DNA of 64,000 bases from Eledone cirrhosa (Eukaryota). Of this stretch, positions 51,985 to 64,000 are shown piece after piece. The DNA is taken from assembly GCA_964016885.1 (NCBI GenBank), contig OZ024740.1, positions 314,526,001 to 314,590,000 of the forward strand. Reading direction: 5' to 3'. Position 1 is the stretch's first letter. Every line of letters begins with the position of its first letter. Below the pieces are notes generated by a model that was given only the letters and a program-made list of their open reading frames with translations, made no database searches and had not been told where the DNA came from. Both the position numbers and the translations under genes were made by a program.

Positions 51985-54235
51985 GAAAACAAATAAATAC
52001 CAATATACTTTTTAACGAAGTTACAAAGCTAAATTGTAAATATTAGATTTAAAAGAAAAAAAAAAGAATGACCATTAAAAACGCATTAAATATCATGACA
52101 TTAAGCCAGACGTGTGATATTTAATTCTATCAAAGTTGTCATATTAATCAAAGATAACTTTGAAACTAAGCATTACATGCAATAACAAATAGTTTTCAGT
52201 TTAAGAAGAAAAAAAAAAGGGGGAAACCTGACTAATATGTAATATATTATAAGCTTAAATCTAGCTAAATATCAATAAGGATATCAGATATGGAGATCTA
52301 AAATTTGAGCATATATAAAGTTATTCTTACCTTTGTTTTAATTTACTTTGTATAATTAAAAATACAACCAGTCCTATTAAAATAAAATATTCATATATTA
52401 GCATTAAAAAAATTGAAGTAAATAAATTACACAGAATCAATAAATTAAAGTTCAATCATATTAAAGTTCTTTTTTTTTTTAAATTGGAGATATATCTAAT
52501 TGTCTATTTTAGAAAGGTACAGTTTATATAAATCGACCATTAATTCGTGAAAGCGAAGAAAAAAAACAACAAATTTTTTTTATAAAATTTAACAAAGAGC
52601 GAATATGAGAAAACAAAAGCTTAACTAGTTTTTTGAAGGTGACAGACATGTAAACAGAGGCAAGTGTGTGTTAGAGCAATTATGGGGAAATTACCTTAAT
52701 GGTTATGATGATAAAAATACGGACCGGGAAAGAACAACTATGATAATTAATAGAAAAACTAAAAAGACAGACATTTGAAGAAAAAAATATAAATATAAAA
52801 ATTAAAAGAAGAGTAAGATTATAGTCATGGGGAGGAGATAATACTAAGACTGAAAGGAAAACTAGAAGACACCATTAGAAAAACAATTTGACGTGGAAGG
52901 GGCGAACAACTCGATTACTCAAAGGACTTAAAAAGAAGGGAAACGCATATATATGTAATATATATATATATATATATATATATTACATATATAGATTATA
53001 TATATCTATCGACCTAAGTTGGGACGAAGACCTACTAAATAAACAAAGAGTTAGTTAAACAGTAATGAAAACGAGGTAGATATATGTCAGCAAAATTCTG
53101 AGGTATGCCATAGTAAATTGAAAAGTGTAATAATTGGTGGTACTAACAAATATATCTACAACATGGCCGACTGTTGGGTGATACATATTTTAACTAGCTC
53201 ACTATGGAAGGTTATTTCAGGAAATGGAAACGTAGACAATGTAAACAAATTACAAAAATAGGCGATAGAAACAAAATATATTCTATTAGTAGATATCTGA
53301 TTTAAAGCGATGAACACCCACTAAAAGAACTACCATACTTTTATATAATACTCATTTCCTTCAGACTGACCTTTATATCGATAGGTTCTACATTCTTGGA
53401 GTCTTAAGAGAAAATTCCTATTTTTATTCTTTTTTTTTTTTTACGTTTTAAGATAAATAATTTAGCACCCGTTAAATAAAAACGTGATTTAAGGTATCAA
53501 TAACGGAAAATGAATATATATAATTAAATTCAGAGAAAAAAAGGATTATATTACGAAGGAGTCCGAGAATTATGCTAGTATGGGAAAATATTTAAAGAGC
53601 GAGACATTTTGGTAGGGAGGAACGAAGCTTTAATAATGGAAAACGAAGGAAGGTATCATATTGCATTGCTAGAGAAAATTTCTGAGACGTTACACAAGGA
53701 AGCTTCAACATCTGTCCAACCTAGATTAGAACTGGCCATGGCTAGGAAGCTAGCTGACACGAAACTACTCAATGAATACAAGACAGTAGTGATTTAGTAC
53801 CAAGAGAATTATTACAGCATTGGTGATATATGGGCCAAGATGAAGATAGAAAAACAAAGTGGTCAGTCAATACGTAATCTTTATGAAGACAATAAGTCAA
53901 GATTTTATTTGTTGAAAAGAGGAGAGCGATAGAGAGAGAGAGCGTTAATAGTCATTGTTAGTAAGAGAGCAGTAGTTGCAGGGTGTGTAATAGAGAGAGA
54001 GAATTGGGAGAGGTAAATGAAATATGTGAGAGAGTTGGAAGAGGTAAATGAAAAGAGAAAAAAAAAAGGGGACGAAGTCGGAGAGGGAGCAATAGTGAAA
54101 TGTGTAGCAGAAAGGAGGAGGTAGACGACAGACAGTAAATGGCCACGTGACCTGGATAGAAAGGCCACGAAAATTAACAGAGAAAGCAATGAAAATAAGA
54201 CAAAAGTAAATCAACGGGGAAATATATTATTACAC

Positions 54236-54390
54236 CTGACGAAAATATAGAACGATAAGTAGAGAGGGAAAAAAAAAAGAAAAGAAAAATGATGAAAGTA
54301 ACTCTAAAATAACAATTCTATCTACGCATTACTTCAATTTACTGTCAGTCTACGTAGGTAGGATACGAGTGAGTGCGTGTGTGTGTGTGT
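54236..54390 (-). promoter_or_regulatory. Candidate non-coding first exon/promoter of the Pro-rich gene
   Basis: Unique CpG-containing region ending gtcag|gtgtaa; other candidate donors at 55178, 52694 and 52330. Confidence 0.35.
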
Positions 54391-55753
54391 GTTACAACTG
54401 CTAGATCCACAGTAGCATGTGATAACATATGTATATTCAATTTAACAGTCACTATACAAATATCTTCATAGTAACAGTAAAGCAAAATGTAAATGGAATA
54501 CATATATATGAATTAGATCCATTACTAGATTCAATATATATATATAAATATCATATACTAATGAAATAAAATTTGCCTGGAGGAAAAGTTATACAATAAA
54601 AAGTAGGAGGAAGTAGTAATTATGAAAATGACTTAAGAAACGGTAATATTTAAACTAATTGAATAATAATAAAAATAATATGATGAATTGTATAATTGAA
54701 AATATTATAAATGAAAGATACTAGGTAAAGAAAAATGGTAGCTTGTTCCCAATTAGTAAACAGAAAAAGAAAAACTGGAAAATATAACTCCGCTAGAGTT
54801 AGTGAGCACCTGAAGAAATTCTAAGAGAAAAACCGTACAAATATATAAGTAAGCAGAAATCTTAAAGAAATTAGGAGAAAATGTCGAAAAAATAATAATA
54901 ATGAAAATATTGGATCATCGCGCACTGAATGAAGTCGACATTATATGATCCTTCGTTGAAAATGACTTAACACATAAGGTGGAAATTACAGTTAACTAAA
55001 TGAGCGAAATTTGAAAATAAATGCATGTATAGAATAATAGTATTGTTATCTCGTTAGATCATTCTGTTAGGGAGGAAATCACATGACTAGGCAAATATTA
55101 AATTATTATACGTACATAGAATAAAATTCCGAAAATTTTACTTAAGTGAACCCATACAACAATGGCTCCAACACTCACCTACATTAATACTCTACTAAGT
55201 AAAGATGAATATGATTGGTCAGTTCTTGCAGTAAAGCGACATCTTTTGGTGGAATTTTGGAAACAATTTAGAACAAGGGTAGTTATCCGGGTATTGCTTA
55301 ATTTTATATATACTGTAGGAGTTTACATGTGTCCAAATACACTTATTTTGTTGTATATTTGCATAATTTTATTTTATTATAATTTAAATTTAGATACTGC
55401 TGATAGGCAAAAAAGCCGATCTAGTAGCTAGTGATTTGAATAGATGTCTCACCTTTAACTCCTAATTGCACACCTCTCACATTTCTCAGAAAATACCAAT
55501 TACTTTTATTGTTTCATATTTTGATTCTACAGATTGTCTGCCTTTCATCTAAAGAAATGTCAAGTTTGCAGTCTGGAGCAATGCAATGATTGTTAACTTC
55601 AAATTATTGAAAAGAAAAAGGTAGGATTGAAGGAGGAATAAAAAGCTGTACAGCATTTAGAAAACTTTAAAACACTCTGAAAACCCCTGTTGTAAAGTGC
55701 TACATTTAAAGAGTTAACATTTGTTTCTAGTGTTGAAGTACCAGAGTATAGAC

Positions 55754-56057
55754 CAGGGTTTCCCAACCTGGGCGAGACCACACATTAGTGAGTGATGAGC
55801 ATCTGAAAAGAAAATGGTGAGCGATTGGACATTTTGGTGGACGATATAGGATTTTCAGTATTAAGAAGTTATTTCAAAATACCTGAAAAAAATATTCAAA
55901 GGGTATATAAAAAAAAGCAACAACAAAAGACACAGGAGACAAAATGTGATACCAAACATTTTTGGTATGTTTTGAATATTTGCTATAGAAGCAGGCAGTG
56001 GAAAATTTTTCCATGTGAAAGTGAGCAATGACAAAAAATAAAGGTTAGGAACCCCTG
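55754..56057. mobile_element. hAT-Charlie-like MITE
   Basis: TIR cagggtttcccaacct / aggttaggaacccctg; 8-bp TSD GTATAGAC. Confidence 0.9.
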
Positions 56058-57284
56058 GTATAGACTAAAGACAAATTTTGATATGCAGTCCTTCAAAGTT
56101 TTGCTTTAGTACCTGTTTTTCCATCCCTTTTGTTTTTTTGTTTTTTTTAAAGCATACATATTTTTTTACTATGATGTGAGAATCATCTGCTGTTCTTTAG
56201 TAGGGTTCTGCGAAATTGTCAAGTTAATAAGGTTAATTAATGATGAGTTGGGCATAAAAATAAGCTTCTAAAAGTTTGATAAGAAAATTAGGGACACAAA
56301 ATTTATAGGTTAAAATTACTGATAGGGTTCTCAGCAAGCTTTTATCCAGCATCACAACACTTGTCAGACTATTATCTGCAACGTGAACAATGTTTCATTG
56401 CATGGCACAGCCCACAACTTATATTGCTTCCTAATTTGCTAGTGATGTTTTTGGTCCTTTGCTAAAAGAACCCCTACTAATTTTGCAGAACCTTCCTTCT
56501 CTCTACTTCATAAATATGATGGATCTGTAAGCAATACTTCTGTGAAGAAAATCACATTTATCACACTTTTGTATCTAATCCCACAAATTCCAGATAAATC
56601 TACTCCCTAAACTATCCCTTTCTACTCTACAAGGTTCACCACCATGTACTCATCCAATCATTTCAAACGAACAAAGCCACAAGTCCTGACAATGCCCATT
56701 TCATTACCTTTGTACAATGTACACTAGAACTAATCCTTATCCTCCCGAAACTCTTCACTATTGGGATATAACCCAATCTTTGGAAACACACTACAGTGTG
56801 TCATCATTGTTTTTACATCATAGTTGCATGGTTTGGATGGGTCCTTTTCAGCATAGCATCTCTCCATTCGCCGCATTCCTTCATCCTCTCCTCTGTGAGT
56901 CTCAACATCTTGAGATCAGCTTTCATCACCTCTGCCCAGGTCTCTTGGTCTACCTCAACTGTGGCTTCTCTGGCACTTCTTCACCCAGCTATCATCATTC
57001 ATGCACATCACATCTCCGTACCAATCCAGTCTTCTCTCTTGCACATCACATTAGTTTCTTTGGTACATATGTAGATGATACCACTCGTCATTCTTCCTTA
57101 AGCTTCCACATCTAAATGTCATTTATTCAGTTTCAACTATGACACCTACCCACAGGAAGTCCATGAATCAAGGCTTTAAAAACATCCTTCAATGAGGCCA
57201 TTCCAGCCTTGTATCTTTCAACAGCACAAACCAATCATTACATATGCCAAGAAAACATAATTACATCTCTGTAATCCTTTAATA

Positions 57285-57460
57285 TACAGGACCTCCACAC
57301 AGTGTTCATTGGTGACAGTAGCAGTGACACCATTTTCTTCAAAGAAGAATGGGGCAATCAACCCTCTCTCAGAAATGGCAGCTCAGATGGTGCATTTAGC
57401 CAAGTAGAGAGGTTTCACAGCTACTGTAGTGGGTTTCCCTGACCCCCAGAACACATTCAC
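57285..57460 (-). pseudogene. Tc1/mariner transposase fragment
   Basis: Minus strand KPLYLAKCTI*AAISERGLIAPFFFEENGVTATVTNEHCVEVL resembles the PLH..K.TVW.AI...G.IGP.FF motif. Confidence 0.6.
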
Positions 57461-57794
57461 TGCGGCTTTCTGTCAATTCAAGAAATTTTACTTCATAGCA
57501 TTTCTTTTTTCACACCATATATTTACAACCATTCCACACTTAGATATTTCTCTGCTTATTAAGGCTGTTTCTTTATTCTGACCTTTAGAGGCATTTCAGT
57601 TTTTATTTTATAAGACTCAGCAAATGAATGGGAAGGTATAGATGTAATATCTTAACAAAGTTATGGATTTTGGTGCTGTACTCTCTAGAGTTTAGTCTTT
57701 AAACTAGTCCATGTTGGTGTTTTCCATTATTGGAGGTAATGGGGAACCTATTGTCATCCGTTCCACCTACTGGTAAACTTAGTTATTGACTTCG

Positions 57795-58078
57795 AAATTA
57801 GTCATTCTTAGACACAATGTTAACATCATTAATCACTCTTAAACACAATGTGAACATCATAGCCCATATTAGACACATTGTTAGCATGAAATCAGCTATA
57901 TTAGACATAATGTTAACATCAAATTAACCAGTCTTAGACACATTATTAGCATCAAATTAGACAGTCTCAGACACAATGTTAGCATCAAATTAGCCAGTTG
58001 TAGACACAATGTTAACATCAAATTAGCTAGTCTTAGACACAATGTTAACATCATTATTCAGTCTTAGACACAATCTTA
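57795..58078. repeat. Minisatellite, ~31-33-bp unit, about 9 copies
   Basis: aaattagccagtcttagacacaatgttaacatc variants. Confidence 0.85.
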
Positions 58079-59453
58079 ATACAGTGTTATCAACTGAGAT
58101 TTTAGTGCATTCATGAAGACTTTTATCTTTTCCTAGTCTGGTTTTGAACCACATGCTCATTAGTTTAATATCAATTTTCTCATGTTGGGACCTACATTCT
58201 CTTTGAAGGGCAAAAACCCAGCTTCTATCATTCCATACTGTACTGCTACCTCCACAGCAGCCAATGAAGAAGCAAAATCTCTTCCTACCATTTCAAATAA
58301 GAACACATTAGGTTATGTAATCCTAGATAAAGACCCCCTTTGGTCACAAATAACCAGGGGATTTGCACCTAGAAAGTTCCCCTCCAAGGCACATGTCCAG
58401 GCATGGTTGTTTGTGAAAGACTAACAGTTGCCCATGCATACCAGTCTCCCCTCTCTAAGACACCAATGTTGTCCAAGGGATAGGCAATGGCCAATAGAGC
58501 TTGGCATCAGTGACTTCGTAACTCATTTCTACAGCTGAGTGAACTGGAGCAATGCGAAATAAAGTATCTTGCTCAAGGACACAATGCACCACCTGGTTTG
58601 AGAATCAAATTCACAACCTCACAATTCTAAGTCCATATCTCTAACTACAAAAGCCATGCACCTTCACATAATCCTTGGTACACTATTTAAAAACAAATAA
58701 AAGAAGGGATAGTCATAGCTGGATGGAATTACGTTTTGATAAGAGGCCTGCTTAATCAGAGTTGACCTAGGGCTAAACAAACTACCCACTCGTGGCCATC
58801 TTTAACACAGTTATCTTACATCTAATATTTACTATATGTTTAACATAAGTATTGTATCTTTGTATATAGAGAGAAAATAACTTTTTTTTTATTAAGCAAT
58901 ACAAATCCCTATAATACTTGAACCTCTTTTCCTCTCCAGACATTTTGCTAGCATCATGTGTAGTCTCCCTAATAGAACAGAACCTCGCTACTATCAGCAA
59001 ATAGTGAAATAAGTGCTTACATACCTAATATGGCAAACACAAAATTCCCATTCTCAATTGATGTAAAGCAATTTGGCTGCATAAAGTTCTGAATGTATTT
59101 GAAATATATGGCAAAAGGAAAAAGCGTAGATCAGAGAGTCGCTACTTCTTCAAATTGAGAGGATATAGCTCCAATACTATGGGCATGTGAATTGCTAGAC
59201 AGATTTTACGGGCAAAACCAACTGGCAGGAGACCCAGAGTAAGATGGTTGGATAACATTGATGAGCTTAGCTGGTCTCGCTTGGGGATCCAGTCTAATCA
59301 ATTGGAGACAGTAGCTTCTGACAAGAAATGCTAGGAGTGTTTAAGGACTCTATCCCAACGACCCTCTCATGAAGGAGGAGGGGGGGGGGGGAATAAAAAG
59401 AAAGAGAAGAGGCAGAAGAAGACAAAAGAAAACTAGAAAATTTAAATAATAAT

Positions 59454-59459
59454 TTTATT
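59454..59459 (-). terminator. Candidate polyadenylation signal of PFDN4
   Basis: AATAAA ~85 nt after the stop, followed by a U-rich tract. Confidence 0.55.
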
Positions 59460-59542
59460 CACGTTTTTTTCTTTTTAATGTACAAAATAAAGAGAAATCA
59501 GAAATATATTTCAAATACATAATTAAATTATTAGGTTTGATA

Positions 59543-59744
59543 TTATTCTTCCTCAGCTTCTAAATTAATATTATTTCCAAACTTGGCATACAACTGCACC
59601 TTGAGATCTGAGAGAATAGCTTTATGGGTTTCACATTCTTGTTCAAGCTTAGAAATGGCTGATTCAGCTTTTTTCTTATCTTCCTCTAATTTGGAATTAG
59701 CAGCATCAGTACTCAACTGCAAAAATACTTCTCCAATTTGGTAA
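59543..59744 (-). CDS. PFDN4: Prefoldin subunit 4, last exon
   Basis: YQIGEVFLQLSTDAANSKLEEDKKKAESAISKLEQECETHKAILSDLKVQLYAKFGNNINLEAEEE*; LKVQLYAKFG.NINLEA is the PFDN4 C-terminal signature. Confidence 0.95.
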
Positions 59745-62128
59745 GTGAATAGAGTTAAGGAAGAATATTTTGATATAAAAACTTTGAAAAATTTTACATA
59801 GATACAATGAAGACAGGAATAGTAGAATATAAAAACAAAAGTTCACTTTAAAATATTTCAAAGGCTACATTAAAAAAATGAAAACTACAAAGGGATAAAA
59901 AAATTAAATAAAGGCATAGAACTTAGAATAGAGACAGGTATTCCTTTACTGGTTTCAGTCATTCGACTGTGGCCATGTTGGGGCACCCACCACCTTGTAG
60001 GTATTTAGTTGATCATATTGAATCCAGTGTTCAAGCCTGGTAGTTATTTTATTACCCTATTCTGTTGAACTGTCAAACAAACTTTCACATACACACATAT
60101 ATCATCATCACCATTTAACATCTATTTTAGATGCTTGCATGGGTGTGCCTGGCTTTCCATAAATTGGAAAGAGAAAGCAAATTCTCTGTCAGCCTACCTG
60201 AGACCCTGCTGTCTCTCTTGTGTACTCATAGCTTACATTTTGTACATAGAATGGAATTTCTATCTACTCTTTTCCTGCATACTAAGCAGCCATCTTCTTG
60301 AAGGAATTAGGACCCTGTTTTTTTTTATAACTTACTAGGATTTTAGTCTTTGCCAGTTGACTCTGAAGCTCATTAATTCCAGGTTTTACTTCCATGCATG
60401 GAATCTTATTTCTCTAATTCTGCTGCAGATTTGGTTTATATATAAACTTTATTGGCATATTACAATTATTTCAATATAGATCAGCTCAAGGTACAATGAT
60501 AATGACTGGGGCCTGATCCTGCCTCAACATTTCATCAGATATGCAAGTGCAAAAACACATTCAAAGTTTTATTTTACAGCTGCTTTAACTGAAATACAAC
60601 CCAATATGAGATGGACCGTTTTAACAGCATTCAGTGCTGTAATTGTAGTTACTACTTACCTAACACACACACACACATATATATATATGTGTGTGTGTGT
60701 GTGACAGGGTCCTGTATAGTTTCCATCTACCAAATTTCACTAAAAAAATATTAAACATTTGGAAAGAGAAAACAATCAATTACTTCAACCCCAATAATTG
60801 GATGGGACTTATTGTCTTTAATTCTATATATAAGGAAGATATCCATATCGTAGTTGGCTGGTTGTTGTAGACCCTCTGTGTGTGTTGCCTGCCGCCAAAC
60901 CATTTCGTTTGGCTCAAAATTTTATAATAATACTTAATAAAAAAATGTATCATTAAACCTTTCATTACTCTATATCTAATGAAAGATACTGGCCATGATT
61001 TTTGAATTGTTTTGAAAATAATCAAAATTTTTGTGGGATTCAGTAATATAACTAACTTTTTCATTTTTAATTTAGTGTAAAATTTAACAAAGGTTCTCAC
61101 ATAAAATTATGATAGAAGATTTAAAAATAAATATAGATATAGAGGATTGCCTCAATGAAAGAGATGAGCTACTGGGAGAGGCTGAAAAAACTAACACTTT
61201 GTTCCTTGAAGCGGAGATGAGACAGATACGCAGTGATATATGTATGGAAGATCGTGGAAGGGTTAGCACCAAACTTTGGCATTGAAAGCAGGAGCAGCCC
61301 ACAAACAGGACGCCACTGTGTAGTGCTAAAGGTCCCATCTGTCTCATCAAGAATAAGGACCACATACTGGAATAACCTGGGGTTCAAGAGACCCCAGCTT
61401 TTTAATAAGATGCCAAAGAATCTGAGAGATCTGCATGGTGTGCATGTGGATATTTTCAAGAGACATCTCAACACTCTGCTGACTGGAATCCCGGATAAAC
61501 CCACGGCATGAGGCAAAGTGCAAATAAGAGCAGCTGCAACAAACACCCTTTTGCATCAATGGGCAACCAGGGAAGGCTGGTCATAGAAAGTGTAGCATCA
61601 GTGAGTGCCCAAGCATGGCCTCAGCCTCTTGGCTGGAACACATAATATTAAAGCAAGCTGATTTGTACCATAGAACCAAGAGTAGCGTCAGGTGGTGTGG
61701 TATCAAAAAGGTTAAATACATGAAATAATATTTTAGAATTCTTGTTTCACTGAATATTGGCATAGAACATTGGATAGAATGCTTTGTGGTATTTATTTTG
61801 GCTCTCTGTTCTCTCAGTTCAAATCCCACCAAGGGCAACTTTATCTATTCCAGGTTGATAAAATGAGTACACGTCAAGAACTGGGGTAGATTCTTCCTCT
61901 GTATCTCTTTCTCACTCCCTATCTTTCTCTGGAAGAAATCTGCTGTATTCAGACCTGGAGAGGGATAGGCTCTGCCAGGTTTAAAAATGCCCTAGAACTG
62001 CTATATGTTAATATGATGCCCCAACAACTCCCGCAGGAGTTACAGGAACATGCATGTATGCATGAATTACACTGAATGGTGCTAACAAAATTAAAAACTA
62101 CAATGTATCTGTTACATCAAAAGGATAT
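59745..62128 (-). other. PFDN4: U12-type (minor spliceosome) AT-AC intron, 2384 nt
   Basis: 5' site ATATCCTTT (62128-62120), branch TTCCTTAAC (59762-59754), 3' site CAC; splicing gives CC|T TAC = Pro-Tyr of IPYQIG. Confidence 0.93.
61200..61650 (+). mobile_element. CR1/L2-group LINE 3' fragment
   Basis: RRRDRYAVIYVWKIVEGLAPN...PQLFNKMPKNLR...FKRHLNTLLTGIPDKP. Confidence 0.75.
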
Positions 62129-62199
62129 GGAATTGGTTTGTCATTGTCTTCTAACAGAAGCAATTCATCAAGGGCATCTTCTAAATTTTGTAAAAGTTT
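62129..62199 (-). CDS. PFDN4: Prefoldin subunit 4, penultimate exon
   Basis: ttttcag|KLLQNLEDALDELLLLEDNDKPI(P), matches PFDN4 QNLEDA..D...DDD...IP; no upstream exons recognised in the window. Confidence 0.93.
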
Positions 62200-62251
62200 C
62201 TGAAAAACAAGAAAAGTAAGAATAAGATTTCCAATGTAAAGTGATATTAGA

Positions 62252-62461
62252 TTAAACCTTTAGCATTTAAACCTCCGGCCAGAATTCCCTCCCCTCTTTC
62301 TGTTTAAACCGGCTATAACTAGCTGCTCATACTGATGTTAAGGTATGGTTCTCAAAATAAATAATATCACCATATTGTAGATTCAATACTATGTGATATA
62401 AAGCCTTTACCATGAAAATACAATAGTATATATAGAGTAATGTAAATGCTAAAGGGCTTAA
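62252..62461. mobile_element. piggyBac-like MITE
   Basis: Family TIRs. Confidence 0.8.
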
Positions 62462-63039
62462 TATTTAGAGCTAAATTCAGCACTAAAGTTGATTGAAATA
62501 ATAAAAAAAAAGTACTCTGGCAAACATAGTTCACTTAATCCTTTTGTAATTATATTTCTAGCAGGTAAACTGTTTCAGTGTTTCAATTAAGTTTCATGTG
62601 GTTTAGTAAAATATTTATAACTTTATATAGGTCTGCTTAATCAGGGTTGACCTGGAGCTAATTAACAACAGCAACAACTACCATATAAAATTATAAATAC
62701 TAGCAGAAAAACCACCTTTCGGGCGGTTTTCTGCCAGCATATGTAGTGTGCATATTGGCATTATACGCAAATATATACTCAGCTGTAGAAATGAGATGAT
62801 AGGGACTGGGGTCCATATCATTCCACTGCAAAGTGGTTGTGGAGGTGCCACAGCAAAAAAAAGCACCCAGCACTCACTGTAAATGAGGTTGGTGTTAGGA
62901 AGGGCATCCAGTTGTAGAAATCAAGCCAGAACCAGTTCCCGTCTCACCCTTGCAAGCAGGGAAAAAACGGACGTAAAATGAAATGATGATGATGATGATA
63001 GATATATGTAAATTGAAAAGTAAATTGACAATATCTTCT

Positions 63040-63680
63040 TCACCCACATTTCTGAGAGGGTCGTGGGGGCAGAGTCCTTCTCAAACACTCCTTCCAGTGA
63101 GTCTGTCAGTAGCAAACATCTCTAAGTGATCCAGCTGGATCCCAAAGCGTGACCAGCCAAACTCATGGATGTTATCCAACTATCTTGCTCAGGGTCTACC
63201 TCTGGGTCTCTTGCCGGTTGGTTTTGTAAAATGTGTCCAGTGATTCTTTACTGAGACATTCTAAACACATGCTCATAATATTGGAGTTGTGATCTCTCAA
63301 TTCGGAGAAGTAGCGGCTCTACCAGGAGTGACTCTCTGGTCTCTGAGTTATGCACTTTATCGAGTAACGGTACTCCAAAGACCCTTCGGAGGAATCCCAT
63401 TTCTGCCACTTTTATTTGCAATTGTATTCTTTTGGTCATTACTCAAGATTCATGATCCTCGGTAAGAGTTGGCAGGAATACCAGGAAGACAGCGAGTTTG
63501 GCTTTTACACCTACCCCCCTTCATCTGATTGCTGAATACTGAGGCTGGCGCTTTACTGCATCAGCTTTTGCAATTCTTGCACTTGATTCAGCCTCCTGCA
63601 TTCCATCACTCATGAACACGACTCCAAGATACTTGAACTTCTCTAACTGCTTCAGTAGAACTCCATTCACATGTATATAA
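63040..63680 (-). mobile_element. RTE (Expander/Rex3-like) LINE 3' fragment
   Basis: FKYLGVVFMSDG...AEMGFLRRVFGVPLLDKV...VEPLLLRIERSQL; related 3' ends at ~40420-40570, 45406-45610 and 59170-59370. Confidence 0.8.
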
Positions 63681-64000
63681 ATTTGAGGGGCTTCTGTCCA
63701 CCCGTCCATCACGCAATGTGTGTTTGTGTGACTGTTTGTGTGTAAAAGGAAGGAAAGGGATACACACATATATGTCTAACTTAAAAACAGTGACACACGT
63801 GTCTCTAATTTAAGAACGCCGACAAATTCACGTGCGTGCACATACACACACTGTCCTATTACCACCCAAGAGCTTTGGCCCGGGCAAACATCCCCTCAAT
63901 TTTGGAACCGTCTGGGTTGTCCTGAATTGATAGGAAAAGACTTGACGGTCTTACTCTGCTGGGACGTCACAGTTAATGACTCTTTTGCTACTTCCCACAT

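Overview
AT-rich, microsatellite- and retroposon-dense eukaryotic DNA. The repeat families look like those of octopod cephalopods (inference from memory, not searched). Four spliced genes can be reconstructed by hand. (1) The last four coding exons of an EGF-repeat type I membrane protein, most like NAGPA/uncovering enzyme (+, 1291-7903). (2) A complete three-exon FAM89/LURAP-family gene (+, 19910-38989, 201 aa). (3) A single-coding-exon Pro/Tyr/Ala-rich protein, possibly FAM168-like (-, 50194-50733), with a long repeat-free putative 3' UTR. (4) The last two exons of prefoldin subunit 4 (-, 59543-62199), joined by a U12-type AT-AC intron. The rest is mobile DNA: a young non-autonomous LTR element carrying a 32-nt tRNA-Trp fragment, a decayed Gypsy with nested insertions, RTE/CR1/Tx1 LINE ends, tRNA-derived SINEs chained at (ATT)n tails, and piggyBac/hAT/Tc1-type MITEs. 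There are also Penelope-like ends carrying hammerhead-ribozyme motifs, including an ~870-bp near-perfect palindrome in the FAM89 intron. No rRNA, true tRNA gene or CRISPR array was found. Most listed ORFs are repeat artefacts. Repeat boundaries are approximate unless a TSD is quoted.
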